From positions 32,001 through 96,000 of the IMG/VR virus record IMGVR_UViG_2595698595_000001: DNA of 64,000 bases, one strand, 5' to 3'. The translations under genes and the position numbers were made by a program. The first letter of the stretch is position 1; every line of letters starts with the position of its first letter. Shown here in pieces: positions 48,201-56,585 of the stretch. The stretch is from a virus. Taxonomy: Duplodnaviria > Caudoviricetes. Under the pieces are notes generated by a model. It was given only the letters and a program-made list of their open reading frames with translations, ran no database searches and was not told the DNA's origin.

Positions 48201-50784
48201 CGATTTCAATACTAGTAATGTCACTAACATGTCAGGTATGCTAGCTGGATGTAGGATGTTCAATCAACCTTTAAATTTTGATACTAGTAACGTCACTAAC
48301 ATGTCAGCTATGTTTAGTGATTGTCGTAAGTTCAATCAGTTATTAAATTTCGATACTAAAAAGGTAACGAATATGTCAAGCATGTTTTATCAATGTTTAG
48401 TATTCAATCAACCTGTAGTATTTCAGACTCCTTTGTTAACTAATACAGCAAGCATGTTTTATAATTGCGGTGCATTCAATAATTCTGTAGAATTAGATAC
48501 TAGTAATGTAACAGACATGTCGAATATGTTTAATGAATGTCGCTTATTTGATCAACCGATCGATTTCGATACAGGTAAGGTAAAAAATATGGCACACATG
48601 TTCTATAATTGCCGAGTATTCAATCAATCGGTATTCTTCAATACTAATGAGGTTACAAATATGGCGAATATGTTCTCGAATTGTTATTTATTTAACCAAC
48701 CGATTGTATTTCAGACCCCGTTAGTAACTAATATGAGTGAAATGTTTAATGGATGTGCTGTATTCAATCAATCTATTAACTTCAATACACCGAAATTAGC
48801 AGGATCGTTGCGAAGTATGTTCGGTTCATGTGTTAAATTAACACAACCAGTAATCCTATCCGACACAAGTAGGGTTACAAACATGTCATATATGTTCAGT
48901 GAATGTGAATTATTCAACTACCCAGTCAGTTTAGATACGTCATCAGTAACTGACACCCAAGGAATGTTCAGGGGGTGTACTTCATTAAACCAAGAATTAT
49001 CATTAGATTTATCGAAATGTCAATTGAGTGGTAACATGTTTCAGAGATGTACCTCATTGAATAAGCAACTTAATTTAACTAACACTGGTTTGATTAGAGC
49101 TATGTCAGGTATGTTTAATTTATGTTCTTCTTTGAACATGAGTTTCGAATCTTTCGATTTCAAATCTATAACTACTATGCAAAGTCTTAATAGTTTCATA
49201 TCGAATGATAACAATAATTCGATACCATTATCAGTTGAAAACTATGATAGCTTGCTTAAGAGGTTATCAGAAACATTGGTGTTTAGTGGACTGAATAAGA
49301 CAAATTCTTTTAGGGCTGATGGGCTTAAATATTCATTGACTGGAAAACAATACAGGGACGTACTTACAACCAATGGAGTTACTGTGGTGGACGCAGGATT
49401 GTATGTCGATAGAAGTAATCCATTTAAATTTACCATTGATACTAGGAATGTAAGTTCAGCTAGTGCGATGGATAATGAGTTTAAGTTACCAATGTCTAGT
49501 GTTTTGTCACCATTAGTTGTTGAATGGGGTGATGGTAATGAATCGATGATTTTTAATTTATCGGAAAATAATACACATATTTACCAAACAGCAGGTATTT
49601 ACACGATTAGTATACATGGTGAGGTTAAATCATTTAACTTCCTAAATACTGACGTGCATAACTTGAAGATGCTTAGTGTTGATAACTGGGGTAAATTAAC
49701 ATTCATAAGTAATGGTATGTTTAATAGAACTATATCGTTTTTTAACTGCACTAATCTAAAACTGGATAATGTTATTGGTGTACCGATCATAGAATCAGGG
49801 GCTAATTTTGTAGAGTTATTCCATTTATGTACGTCACTGGTAACTGTTAATGGTCTAGAAAATTGGGATTTCAGTGGGGTTGTTTCGATGGAGAATATGT
49901 TCGCTTTTTGTACAAATTTCAATCAACCTATAGTAATAAATAACGCTGTTAGTTTAAACCGTACCACTAGAATGTTCATTAGATGTAGTAATTTTAACAG
50001 TACGGTATCGATGTATACAGATAATGTAGAACAAATGACCAGTATGTTTGCTGAATGTAAAAAGTTAAATAGTCAGGTAACATTTACAAATACGGGTAAT
50101 GTTAGTGATTTTTCATCATTATTTTCAGAATGTTCGTTATTCAACCAACCAATTGTTTTAGATACTACTTCGGCAGTATTATTGAGAAATATGTTTTTTA
50201 GGTGTGATAAATTCAATCAACCAATTAACTTAGATACAAAAACAGTGGTGTCTGCAAGTAGTATGTTTATGTGGTGTGTTTCATTCAACCAACCAATTAA
50301 TTTTGATATGCGTAATGCCACAGATATCAGCGATATGTTTGCTAATTGTAGTGCTTTGAATAGTCAGGTTACATTAACCAATGCTAATAAGATAACCACA
50401 TATAATTACATGTTCAGTGGTTGTACATCATTCAATAAACCAATTGATTTTGATTCTACTGAAGCATGTGAAGATTTCCACGGAATGTTCAATGAAAGTA
50501 ATGCATTTAACCAAAGTTTCCAAGGATTCAATTTCAGCAGTGTTACCGATGCCACTAAAATAAGGAGTATATTATCTAGAATGGTTACTGTAACTCCACC
50601 ACCTTTATCACCCGCTAATTACGATTCACTTCTCGAAAGATTGGCAAATACACTTGTGTTCTCAAATATATCAGGTGTTTGTGAGTTATGGGCTAGTGGT
50701 TTAAAATATACTGCACAGGGTGCTATATATAGAAATCACTTAATAGCTAACGGATTCACCATTACTGACGGTGGTCAAGTTTAA
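45211..50784 (+). CDS. BspA-family / DUF285 repeat surface protein, three tandem modules
   Basis: Dozens of FNQ..[W/F]NTSNVT.MS.MF..C repeats; VDWGDG/VEWGDG PKD-like caps; NYDSLL...W/F.I.DGG end caps. Confidence 0.9.
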   Translation: MISRTIKASIDRKQPTPHIFKIDTRLHTSGVTNNSFVLPTSITSIVPDSFTVDWGDGTPKEKIKATSTTLSYVSHDYSEPGEYIIEIQGVVTRWNHTPTADPNFNDYKRCVVEVLQFGETLTRRSNNNPSNFGITFNGYSNCTFENVTDVPKINDPLYPWSLAYFFQGCTKLTFVNNLELWNTSLVLSMEGMFNGCVLFNQSLISFDVSKVMIMAYMFANCKVFNQNLNSWNVSNVTTMQSMFVGCSVYNQPMNYWDVGKVNNFNSMFSRCVVFNQDLSTWNVSQATNTTSMFAACNKFNSDVSNWNVSKMTSANNMFQECFDFNSDVSNWDVSKVVNFSSMFMRCSSFNRNLSSWSMVSATNTSNMLIGCSVFNSPVPTAYSDKLLNVAGMFKSCLVFNQPVSFNNAININSADAIFELCGEFNSTVNIPSDKVTAYGAAFASCRKFNQPLTGINTTSTTHASRMFANCDVLNQSISHFNLNKLILSSSMFYGCLKFNQSFAGKMTSGTVTNTNNMFANCQEFTGTGVESFNMSNVTNTNGMFLQCYVFDGNVSGWNVGKVIDMQGMFQDCFVFDRSLRTWNVSSVQYITKMLHSCAKFDNWLPSGFTSLLSMNREYPLNKTSYSGDPINIVTQNPLFNDEFIKDMLDNSKLNNKTINMFGNQVTEIGEATITSMNSSGWNVYNYTVQQPMKLRVNAHTDGKFALPILWMRRSDIQVIINIDTQDFDSFLPEKQTFKWIAPNKNIVSPTVNIKNSDPLADEMALGTGVTDEVIHVYGKLSTFGEYSMYSGTMNQKGKLIQYIDDWGEMLRFGNVSMYGMINLKAIPAFKPNTRVWNCKYMFSEIKFNFDVSGLDTSLSKNMSNMFRDCWAFNNPVNFNTSNVTDMSNMFLRSSVFNQSVNFDTSNVTSMLNMFYGSTAFNKPVNFNTSNVTDMYQMFYDCSSFNSSITFSDTSKVTNMSSMFRNCTVFNQLVNFNTVNVTNMSTMFGSCVIFDQSIDFNTSNVTNMSGMLAGCRMFNQPLNFDTSNVTNMSAMFSDCRKFNQLLNFDTKKVTNMSSMFYQCLVFNQPVVFQTPLLTNTASMFYNCGAFNNSVELDTSNVTDMSNMFNECRLFDQPIDFDTGKVKNMAHMFYNCRVFNQSVFFNTNEVTNMANMFSNCYLFNQPIVFQTPLVTNMSEMFNGCAVFNQSINFNTPKLAGSLRSMFGSCVKLTQPVILSDTSRVTNMSYMFSECELFNYPVSLDTSSVTDTQGMFRGCTSLNQELSLDLSKCQLSGNMFQRCTSLNKQLNLTNTGLIRAMSGMFNLCSSLNMSFESFDFKSITTMQSLNSFISNDNNNSIPLSVENYDSLLKRLSETLVFSGLNKTNSFRADGLKYSLTGKQYRDVLTTNGVTVVDAGLYVDRSNPFKFTIDTRNVSSASAMDNEFKLPMSSVLSPLVVEWGDGNESMIFNLSENNTHIYQTAGIYTISIHGEVKSFNFLNTDVHNLKMLSVDNWGKLTFISNGMFNRTISFFNCTNLKLDNVIGVPIIESGANFVELFHLCTSLVTVNGLENWDFSGVVSMENMFAFCTNFNQPIVINNAVSLNRTTRMFIRCSNFNSTVSMYTDNVEQMTSMFAECKKLNSQVTFTNTGNVSDFSSLFSECSLFNQPIVLDTTSAVLLRNMFFRCDKFNQPINLDTKTVVSASSMFMWCVSFNQPINFDMRNATDISDMFANCSALNSQVTLTNANKITTYNYMFSGCTSFNKPIDFDSTEACEDFHGMFNESNAFNQSFQGFNFSSVTDATKIRSILSRMVTVTPPPLSPANYDSLLERLANTLVFSNISGVCELWASGLKYTAQGAIYRNHLIANGFTITDGGQV

Positions 50785-50788
50785 TCAG

Positions 50789-50815
50789 TAACTTTCGAAA
50801 ATAGTTTGGTATTAT
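50789..50815 (+). promoter_or_regulatory. AAC-N14 class promoter
   Basis: taac-tttcgaaaatagtt-tggtattat. Confidence 0.5.
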
Positions 50816-50841
50816 ACAAAATATCAAACTATTTTTCTTTT

Positions 50842-51390
50842 ATGAGACAATTTCTTATCAAGTATGTAATGCGATACAGACTATCGCAAGGTTCGTTATC
50901 CAGTGATATTCAGTTATTCGCTGTAACTTTATCACTAGTATTGGGAATTTTATTCAAATTGTCAATTTGGACAGTTTTAGCTATTCCAGTAATACCACTA
51001 CTAGCCACAAGCATATACACGTTAATCACTAAACGTAATGATTTCGCAAGAAAGCTTTCAAGAGTTACTGGAGTTTCAACAACTTCTAGACTACATGACT
51101 TACTGAAACTTTCAATTATATTGATAACTTTAACAGTAAACTATACATCTATAGAATTTGTTCTGATATCAATAATCTTAGTAGTTTCTTTATTCTACAA
51201 CATTCAAGCATATTTTCAAAAATATCCAGTTAAAATATCAGAGATAAAACAATCTGACAGTATAGTACAATTATATTGGATTTACTCTTCGTTACAGGAA
51301 CAAGCACAATTACCGATACATAATCGTCATAATTACGAATCAGTTATGGAGCTATATCGTGACCATATATCAAGGATTAAAGCTAAGTAA
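50842..51390 (+). CDS. Multi-pass membrane protein
   Basis: About four hydrophobic segments; ATG 50842 preferred because TTG 50806 lies in the promoter box. Confidence 0.7.
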   Translation: MRQFLIKYVMRYRLSQGSLSSDIQLFAVTLSLVLGILFKLSIWTVLAIPVIPLLATSIYTLITKRNDFARKLSRVTGVSTTSRLHDLLKLSIILITLTVNYTSIEFVLISIILVVSLFYNIQAYFQKYPVKISEIKQSDSIVQLYWIYSSLQEQAQLPIHNRHNYESVMELYRDHISRIKAK

Positions 51391-51414
51391 CATTCGTTAA
51401 ATCTTTAGTACTAT
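51388..51414 (+). promoter_or_regulatory. AAC-N14 class promoter for polymerase operon
   Basis: taac-attcgttaaatctt-tagtactat. Confidence 0.65.
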
Positions 51415-51440
51415 ACATTTATATAAATATAGTTTCAAGT

Positions 51441-52904
51441 ATGATAATAGACATTGTTCAAAAATCAACACATGTTGACATATCACATTCTACGAAGGAA
51501 GGTAAGATAGTTGTAACATCTGTACCACTTCCCGAAAATGGATATGAAAATTGGGTAATATGTTCCGAAAATGACCCAGACAAAGACCCAGTATTTAGAA
51601 ATTTCAAAGGTGAACCTGTTAAACGGTTACCAGGTGCTAGATTTTGGGATTTAAATCTTAACGAATTCGTATCTAAAAGATTATCACCAGAACTTGACGA
51701 ATCGATTCATTCGAATTATGTTCCTGAAATGTTCTCTGTAGATATTGAGACTGAGATTAAGGATGAGTTTCCCGGTGCTGAAGAAGCTAAAACAAGAATC
51801 TTAGTATTTACTATTACAGCACCTAACATGGCTACTTTAGTATTGTCATTAAAGGAGAAAGCTCATGAAATCGACGATTCAAAAGTTTCTCAGTATATCG
51901 AGGAAGCTATGGATAAACTTGAATGGGGTAAACAATTAAGACCTTCTAATGGATGGCAATGGGTTAATCAAGTTTTCGATACTGAGGGTGAAATGATTAC
52001 ATATTTCCTTGACTTAATGAGAACGACAATGGGTTACATTGGAGGATGGAATTTCCATGCATATGACTGGAAGTACATTACGAATCGTTGTTCTAAACTT
52101 GGTATCGATTTAGGTCGTTCATCACCAGAACATGAAATAGACCGTGAAGGATATCCAATCCATAGAATAGTTCATGACTATATGCATCAATATCAAAGAA
52201 GTGCATATGATTATGAAAATGAATCTTTCAGTTTGGATGCTGTATCACAATGGGAACTTGGTATTGGTAAGTTAGATTATGGAGGATTAGGACTTAAGGA
52301 ATTATACGAACAGGATTATTCAAAGTATATAGCATACGCAATTGTCGATACAGCTTTAGTACAATTAATACATAAGAAAACAGCAAGGAGTGAATGGGTT
52401 TTCGCATTTGGTGAGTATCTTAGAATTGGTGTAAAACAAGCCAACGGTTCACTTGCTCAGGCTGACGCTTTATGTTTTGAAGATATGTACGTTAACAATG
52501 TCGTATATGGTGTTCAAAAACAATCGGTTGAAAAAGAACCTTATGAGGGTGGTTTCGTTAAGAACCCAGTTCGTAAGTATTGCGATTATCCAGTAGGTTA
52601 TGATGCTAAAGCTCTATATCCAAATACAATGCGTTCTTTGAATTTGTCATTTGAAAATTACATTGGTAAAGCAGCGAATGATACTGAAGCTAAAGCTTAT
52701 TTACAGAAAGGTTATATCGTTACAGAAAGAAACAATGTTTATAAGAACGATAAGGACTATATGTACAAACGTATTCAAGAGAAACTTGCTAATCAACGTG
52801 CACAATTCCAGAATTTACAAAACGATATTTGGACTAACGCTTTATCAGTTTTAGACTCTGAAGCTGAAAGACGTGGTATCAAATTAAAGAAACATGATTC
52901 ATAA
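51441..52904 (+). CDS. polB: Family B DNA polymerase, N-terminal subunit (3'-5' exonuclease + motif A)
   Basis: VDIETE, GWNFHAYDW, SLD, YAIVD, YEGGFV, YDAKALYPN. Confidence 0.9.
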   Translation: MIIDIVQKSTHVDISHSTKEGKIVVTSVPLPENGYENWVICSENDPDKDPVFRNFKGEPVKRLPGARFWDLNLNEFVSKRLSPELDESIHSNYVPEMFSVDIETEIKDEFPGAEEAKTRILVFTITAPNMATLVLSLKEKAHEIDDSKVSQYIEEAMDKLEWGKQLRPSNGWQWVNQVFDTEGEMITYFLDLMRTTMGYIGGWNFHAYDWKYITNRCSKLGIDLGRSSPEHEIDREGYPIHRIVHDYMHQYQRSAYDYENESFSLDAVSQWELGIGKLDYGGLGLKELYEQDYSKYIAYAIVDTALVQLIHKKTARSEWVFAFGEYLRIGVKQANGSLAQADALCFEDMYVNNVVYGVQKQSVEKEPYEGGFVKNPVRKYCDYPVGYDAKALYPNTMRSLNLSFENYIGKAANDTEAKAYLQKGYIVTERNNVYKNDKDYMYKRIQEKLANQRAQFQNLQNDIWTNALSVLDSEAERRGIKLKKHDS

Positions 52905-53407
52905 TGACAGATTTCAAATCGATCAAATTACAAGATAATGGAGCTGTATGTTCCAATCTTAAAGTTACACAAGAAAGTCTTGATATAAGTAACGGTGACA
53001 TTCTAACAATGATTTTCAACTTACAGAAAGAACTTCAATCAGAAGTATTTAATTTCGATATGAAAGAAATTAGAAAAACTGTAGGTTCTATGAAAGAATT
53101 CTATGAATGGAACGCTGAAGGATTACGTGACGAACTTTCAGAGTTTCGTAATGCTATGGGAGGTCTTGAGAAATATCCTAACAAAGAATTCTGGAAAACT
53201 TGGAAAACTAAACATAAGGAATGTCTAGAACGTGAATTCTCAGATTTCTCAGAACAGGAAATATTAGAACTTAAATTCGAATGGATTGACATGTTCAAAT
53301 TCTTGATGAATCTTGGAATCATGATTAACATTTCACCACAGGAAATTGGTAAGATGTTTGTAGCGAAAAATGAGGAAAACATAAAACGTATGAACAATGG
53401 ATATTAA
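52904..53407 (+). CDS. Dimeric all-alpha dUTPase/dCTPase (T4 gp56-like)
   Basis: DELSEF, FWKTWK, EWIDMFKF, KNEEN..R..NGY. Confidence 0.8.
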   Translation: MTDFKSIKLQDNGAVCSNLKVTQESLDISNGDILTMIFNLQKELQSEVFNFDMKEIRKTVGSMKEFYEWNAEGLRDELSEFRNAMGGLEKYPNKEFWKTWKTKHKECLEREFSDFSEQEILELKFEWIDMFKFLMNLGIMINISPQEIGKMFVAKNEENIKRMNNGY

Positions 53408-53846
53408 TTTCTTTAAAGATTTAAAAGACATTTTAAAGTTAGCTTCGAACGAATATGATTTCGAATATCTTTATCAACATAAAGAAGACATTCTTACTTT
53501 ATCGATATCAAATGAAAATATCGATATCGTTCAAAAACAGGATACGTTATTAGATTTATATTGTTTCGTTATTAATAGATTATCGAAATTAGATTTATTC
53601 AATGAATCTTTATCTTCGAATAATACATATCATCTAGGATATAATCCGTCATCTGTATGTCTTTCTATACAGTTTCATGGTTCTAAGAATCAAGTTTTCT
53701 ATCATTCAGATCATGAGAAATATAAAATCATATGTCATGAAAGAACTTCATCAGGTTGGGCAATATGTTCTGGTACTGACGCTTTAGGAAGATCTTTCGA
53801 AAGACAAATAATTTACATTAATCGTTTAAAACCATATTTCAAATAA
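53397..53846 (+). CDS. Hypothetical protein
   Basis: 149-aa overlapping-start ORF. Confidence 0.6.
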   Translation: MDINFFKDLKDILKLASNEYDFEYLYQHKEDILTLSISNENIDIVQKQDTLLDLYCFVINRLSKLDLFNESLSSNNTYHLGYNPSSVCLSIQFHGSKNQVFYHSDHEKYKIICHERTSSGWAICSGTDALGRSFERQIIYINRLKPYFK

Positions 53847-53847
53847 A

Positions 53848-54390
53848 ATGTCAAAATTTACATTAATCGACAAAAACGAATTCAATTCGTTATCAAGTAA
53901 ACTTCAAAAGTTTCAACATCAATATGCATATCGTTTAGCTGAATCACAATTGTCAAGTAGATTGATCTCTGACTTACTTGATACAGTTAAGAACAAAATT
54001 CAAGTAGGTGAAAGAAGCGATAACGAAAATAAGAAAGTTCTTATCGAAGAAATCGAAAAGGTTCTTTCAAAATATTCTAAAGTAGATTTCAAAACTGTTG
54101 AAGAAACTATCGTTGAGAAAACTGAAGAAATAGTATCAGATAAAGAAGAATCAAAGGAAATTGAAGAAACTATCGTTGAGAAAGAGAAAACTGAAGAAAT
54201 CGAAGAACCTGAAACAATAACTCATATCGTTTCTAAAGAAGATATTGATAACAATCCTGGTACTGATTTAGTTGAAGGAGAAACTATTGTTATCGAAGAA
54301 TCTTTAACTGAAGAAGATTTAGAAGAATCAGATAAAAATGATTCAGATTTAGAAGAGCTTGAGAAAGCTTCAAACGAAGAGGAGGAATAA
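53848..54390 (+). CDS. Highly acidic protein with internal duplication
   Basis: Glu-rich C-half; 23-bp direct repeat ttgaagaaactatcgttgagaaa at 54098 and 54161. Confidence 0.75.
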   Translation: MSKFTLIDKNEFNSLSSKLQKFQHQYAYRLAESQLSSRLISDLLDTVKNKIQVGERSDNENKKVLIEEIEKVLSKYSKVDFKTVEETIVEKTEEIVSDKEESKEIEETIVEKEKTEEIEEPETITHIVSKEDIDNNPGTDLVEGETIVIEESLTEEDLEESDKNDSDLEELEKASNEEEE

Positions 54391-54416
54391 AACTTCCTCT
54401 TCTAGTTTAGTATAAT
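54376..54416 (+). promoter_or_regulatory. Hairpin-embedded AAC-N14 promoter with unrelated stem
   Basis: gaagagga...tcctcttc stem enclosing aaac; aaac-ttcctcttctagtt-tagtataat. Confidence 0.65.
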
Positions 54417-54451
54417 TAATTTTTAAATCAAGAAACAAAACAAACATTTAA

Positions 54452-55267
54452 ATGAAGACCATTAAATTAAGTAACATCGATGTAGCATCACTTAAAGGCT
54501 TATTCGGTAGATCGTTATCAGTTAATACTTCTTTGTATTTTGAACTTACTCCTCAAAAAATCGAAGCTTATGCTGCAAATCAACATGATACATTCTGTAA
54601 GGAATGGTCAACTGATCTAAAAGGAATCCTCGAACATAATAACGATTTCGAAAGATTGAAATTCTATTTCGCCCATGGTTCCGTATTCACAAACAAATTG
54701 TTAGGATTTTTCAGTACACCGGAATGGGAAATTCACTTTGATGAAGAAAATGTTGTTAAACGTATCGTAATGACTGATAAAGCTTTACGTATTGATATCA
54801 ACACTACTAACATCAATTTCGCAAATATCATTTCAAAGGATCAACAATTAAAACGTTTTGATTTATCAAACAGTCAAGCTAGTTTTGATTTGAATCCTGG
54901 AATTGTCGATTCAATCGTTTCATTATCGTCAATCACGGAATTTAGTGAACAAAAAATCGATTTCGTTGAATTCGAAGCTGCTAATGGTGTTCTAAAAGCA
55001 TCTAACAATATGTTTAACAAAGAAATCGGTACATACGAAGGTATCGAATTCAAAGCTAAACTTCATAAATCGTTCTTATCTGTTTTAGATAAAGAAGATA
55101 CTAAAGTTCATTACTGTACTAACGATAATGGTACTGTTACTTTCATATTCGATAGTAAACATGCTGAAATCGATTCTAAATCTTGTGCAGTGATTATGAC
55201 AGATTTAGCGATTATGTCAGACCTTGATTTCAACGATGATACTACTGGTTGGGCTGATTTCAACTAA
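54452..55267 (+). CDS. Probable sliding clamp (T4 gp45/PCNA-like)
   Basis: 271 aa, acidic, two-fold alpha/beta pattern (MKTIKLS.. / ASFDLNP..VDSI.SLSS), adjacent to polymerase, clamp loader present. Confidence 0.55.
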   Translation: MKTIKLSNIDVASLKGLFGRSLSVNTSLYFELTPQKIEAYAANQHDTFCKEWSTDLKGILEHNNDFERLKFYFAHGSVFTNKLLGFFSTPEWEIHFDEENVVKRIVMTDKALRIDINTTNINFANIISKDQQLKRFDLSNSQASFDLNPGIVDSIVSLSSITEFSEQKIDFVEFEAANGVLKASNNMFNKEIGTYEGIEFKAKLHKSFLSVLDKEDTKVHYCTNDNGTVTFIFDSKHAEIDSKSCAVIMTDLAIMSDLDFNDDTTGWADFN

Positions 55268-55285
55268 TATCATTTGACCATATAC

Positions 55286-55314
55286 GAATAGGTGGCTAAA
55301 ATTGTCACCTATTC
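55286..55314 (+). terminator. Hairpin between clamp and PolB C-subunit
   Basis: gaataggtggc-taaaatt-gtcacctattc. Confidence 0.6.
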
Positions 55315-55328
55315 TTAATTAGATTTAA

Positions 55329-56543
55329 ATGCCACACAGATACGAAAGACTTAAAGAAAAATTTCTTGACCCTGAGAAATTGAAAAATGTTTCTAATGAG
55401 GAGTTACAAGAAATCTATAATGAGTTTCAAGCTTTAATGATAACTTATAAGACACGACAAATGTCTGTTAAACTTTCAGCTAACTCATTATATGGAGCTT
55501 CTGGAAATCAACATTATAGATTCGCGAATTATGAAGTAGCTTCTGATATTACCGGAGAGGGTGCTTATCATATGATTGCAATTGACAAAGCATTAAACAA
55601 ATATCTAAGAGCTTGGGATAAGGATTTAGAAATACAGAAAATTCTTAAAGAAAAATTCCCAGAACAAGATTTCAAATTTGTTCCAATCGATTGCGATGTT
55701 TGTAATTACGGTGACACAGATTCAAGATATATCGAATATGGTAAGATATTCAAAGCTTGTAATTTCGTTCCAAAGAGTCATGATGATTTAATCGATTTTG
55801 TTAAATTGATGGATGTTCATCGTGTTTCTCCTTTATTCGAAAAGGTTTTAACAGCTGAAGTTACTAGAAAGAATGGTAATAGTACAATGAAAATGGAACT
55901 TGAAGTTATGGGTGGTCGTGGGATTTTCTTAGCTAAGAAAATGTATGTGATGTCTGTAATTTGGAAAGATGGTCGTAATGTTGCTAAAGCTGGAAAAATT
56001 AAAGCAACAGGTGTCGAACTTAAACGTAAGACTTCTTCATTATTTGCTAAGAAAATGCAAGAACGTGTAATTCGAGCATTGTTAACTCCAACTTTCCCAG
56101 TAAATGATGTTTATAGATTAGCTGCTGGAATAGTTCAACATGCTAAAACATTAAGTTTAGATGAACTTTGTAGAATTACTAAGGTCAGTAAATATCATGA
56201 ATTCGTTATTGATGATAAAGAAAACTTGATTCTAGCTAAAGGTTCAAGACCTCCACAAAAAGGTTCAGCTAGATGGAATCATTTACTTTACAAACATGGA
56301 GTACTTGATAAATATGAACCATTATACGATGGTCGATTAAAATGGTATCTTGCTGAAGATGGTCAACCAATGGCTATTCCATTATCTTTAGATTCAACAA
56401 CTTACCCAGATTGGTTACCTAAGATTAATCATGCTGCTCAAATCGAAGCTATCATTATCAAACCATTACAAAGATATCTTCCGGAAAATGCATCAATTTC
56501 GAATCTTGGTAAATCGGTAATTCAAAACTCATTTGGTAATTAA
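55329..56543 (+). CDS. polB: Family B DNA polymerase, C-terminal catalytic subunit
   Basis: QMSVKLSANSLYG (motif B), ITGEG, YGDTDS (motif C), AKKMY, GVELKR. Confidence 0.92.
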   Translation: MPHRYERLKEKFLDPEKLKNVSNEELQEIYNEFQALMITYKTRQMSVKLSANSLYGASGNQHYRFANYEVASDITGEGAYHMIAIDKALNKYLRAWDKDLEIQKILKEKFPEQDFKFVPIDCDVCNYGDTDSRYIEYGKIFKACNFVPKSHDDLIDFVKLMDVHRVSPLFEKVLTAEVTRKNGNSTMKMELEVMGGRGIFLAKKMYVMSVIWKDGRNVAKAGKIKATGVELKRKTSSLFAKKMQERVIRALLTPTFPVNDVYRLAAGIVQHAKTLSLDELCRITKVSKYHEFVIDDKENLILAKGSRPPQKGSARWNHLLYKHGVLDKYEPLYDGRLKWYLAEDGQPMAIPLSLDSTTYPDWLPKINHAAQIEAIIIKPLQRYLPENASISNLGKSVIQNSFGN

Positions 56544-56585
56544 TACATACATTATTAAACTGTAAATATACAAATTTCTAAGATA

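Noticed and set aside
47760-49000. CRISPR-like periodic repeats
   Set aside because: 72-nt period is in-frame, degenerate and encodes DUF285 protein repeats
45211-50784. DGR target gene
   Set aside because: No reverse transcriptase and no template/variable repeat pair differing at adenines seen in the window
52904-55328. Intron or intein interrupting PolB
   Set aside because: Interval holds four ordinary genes, no homing endonuclease, no intein termini
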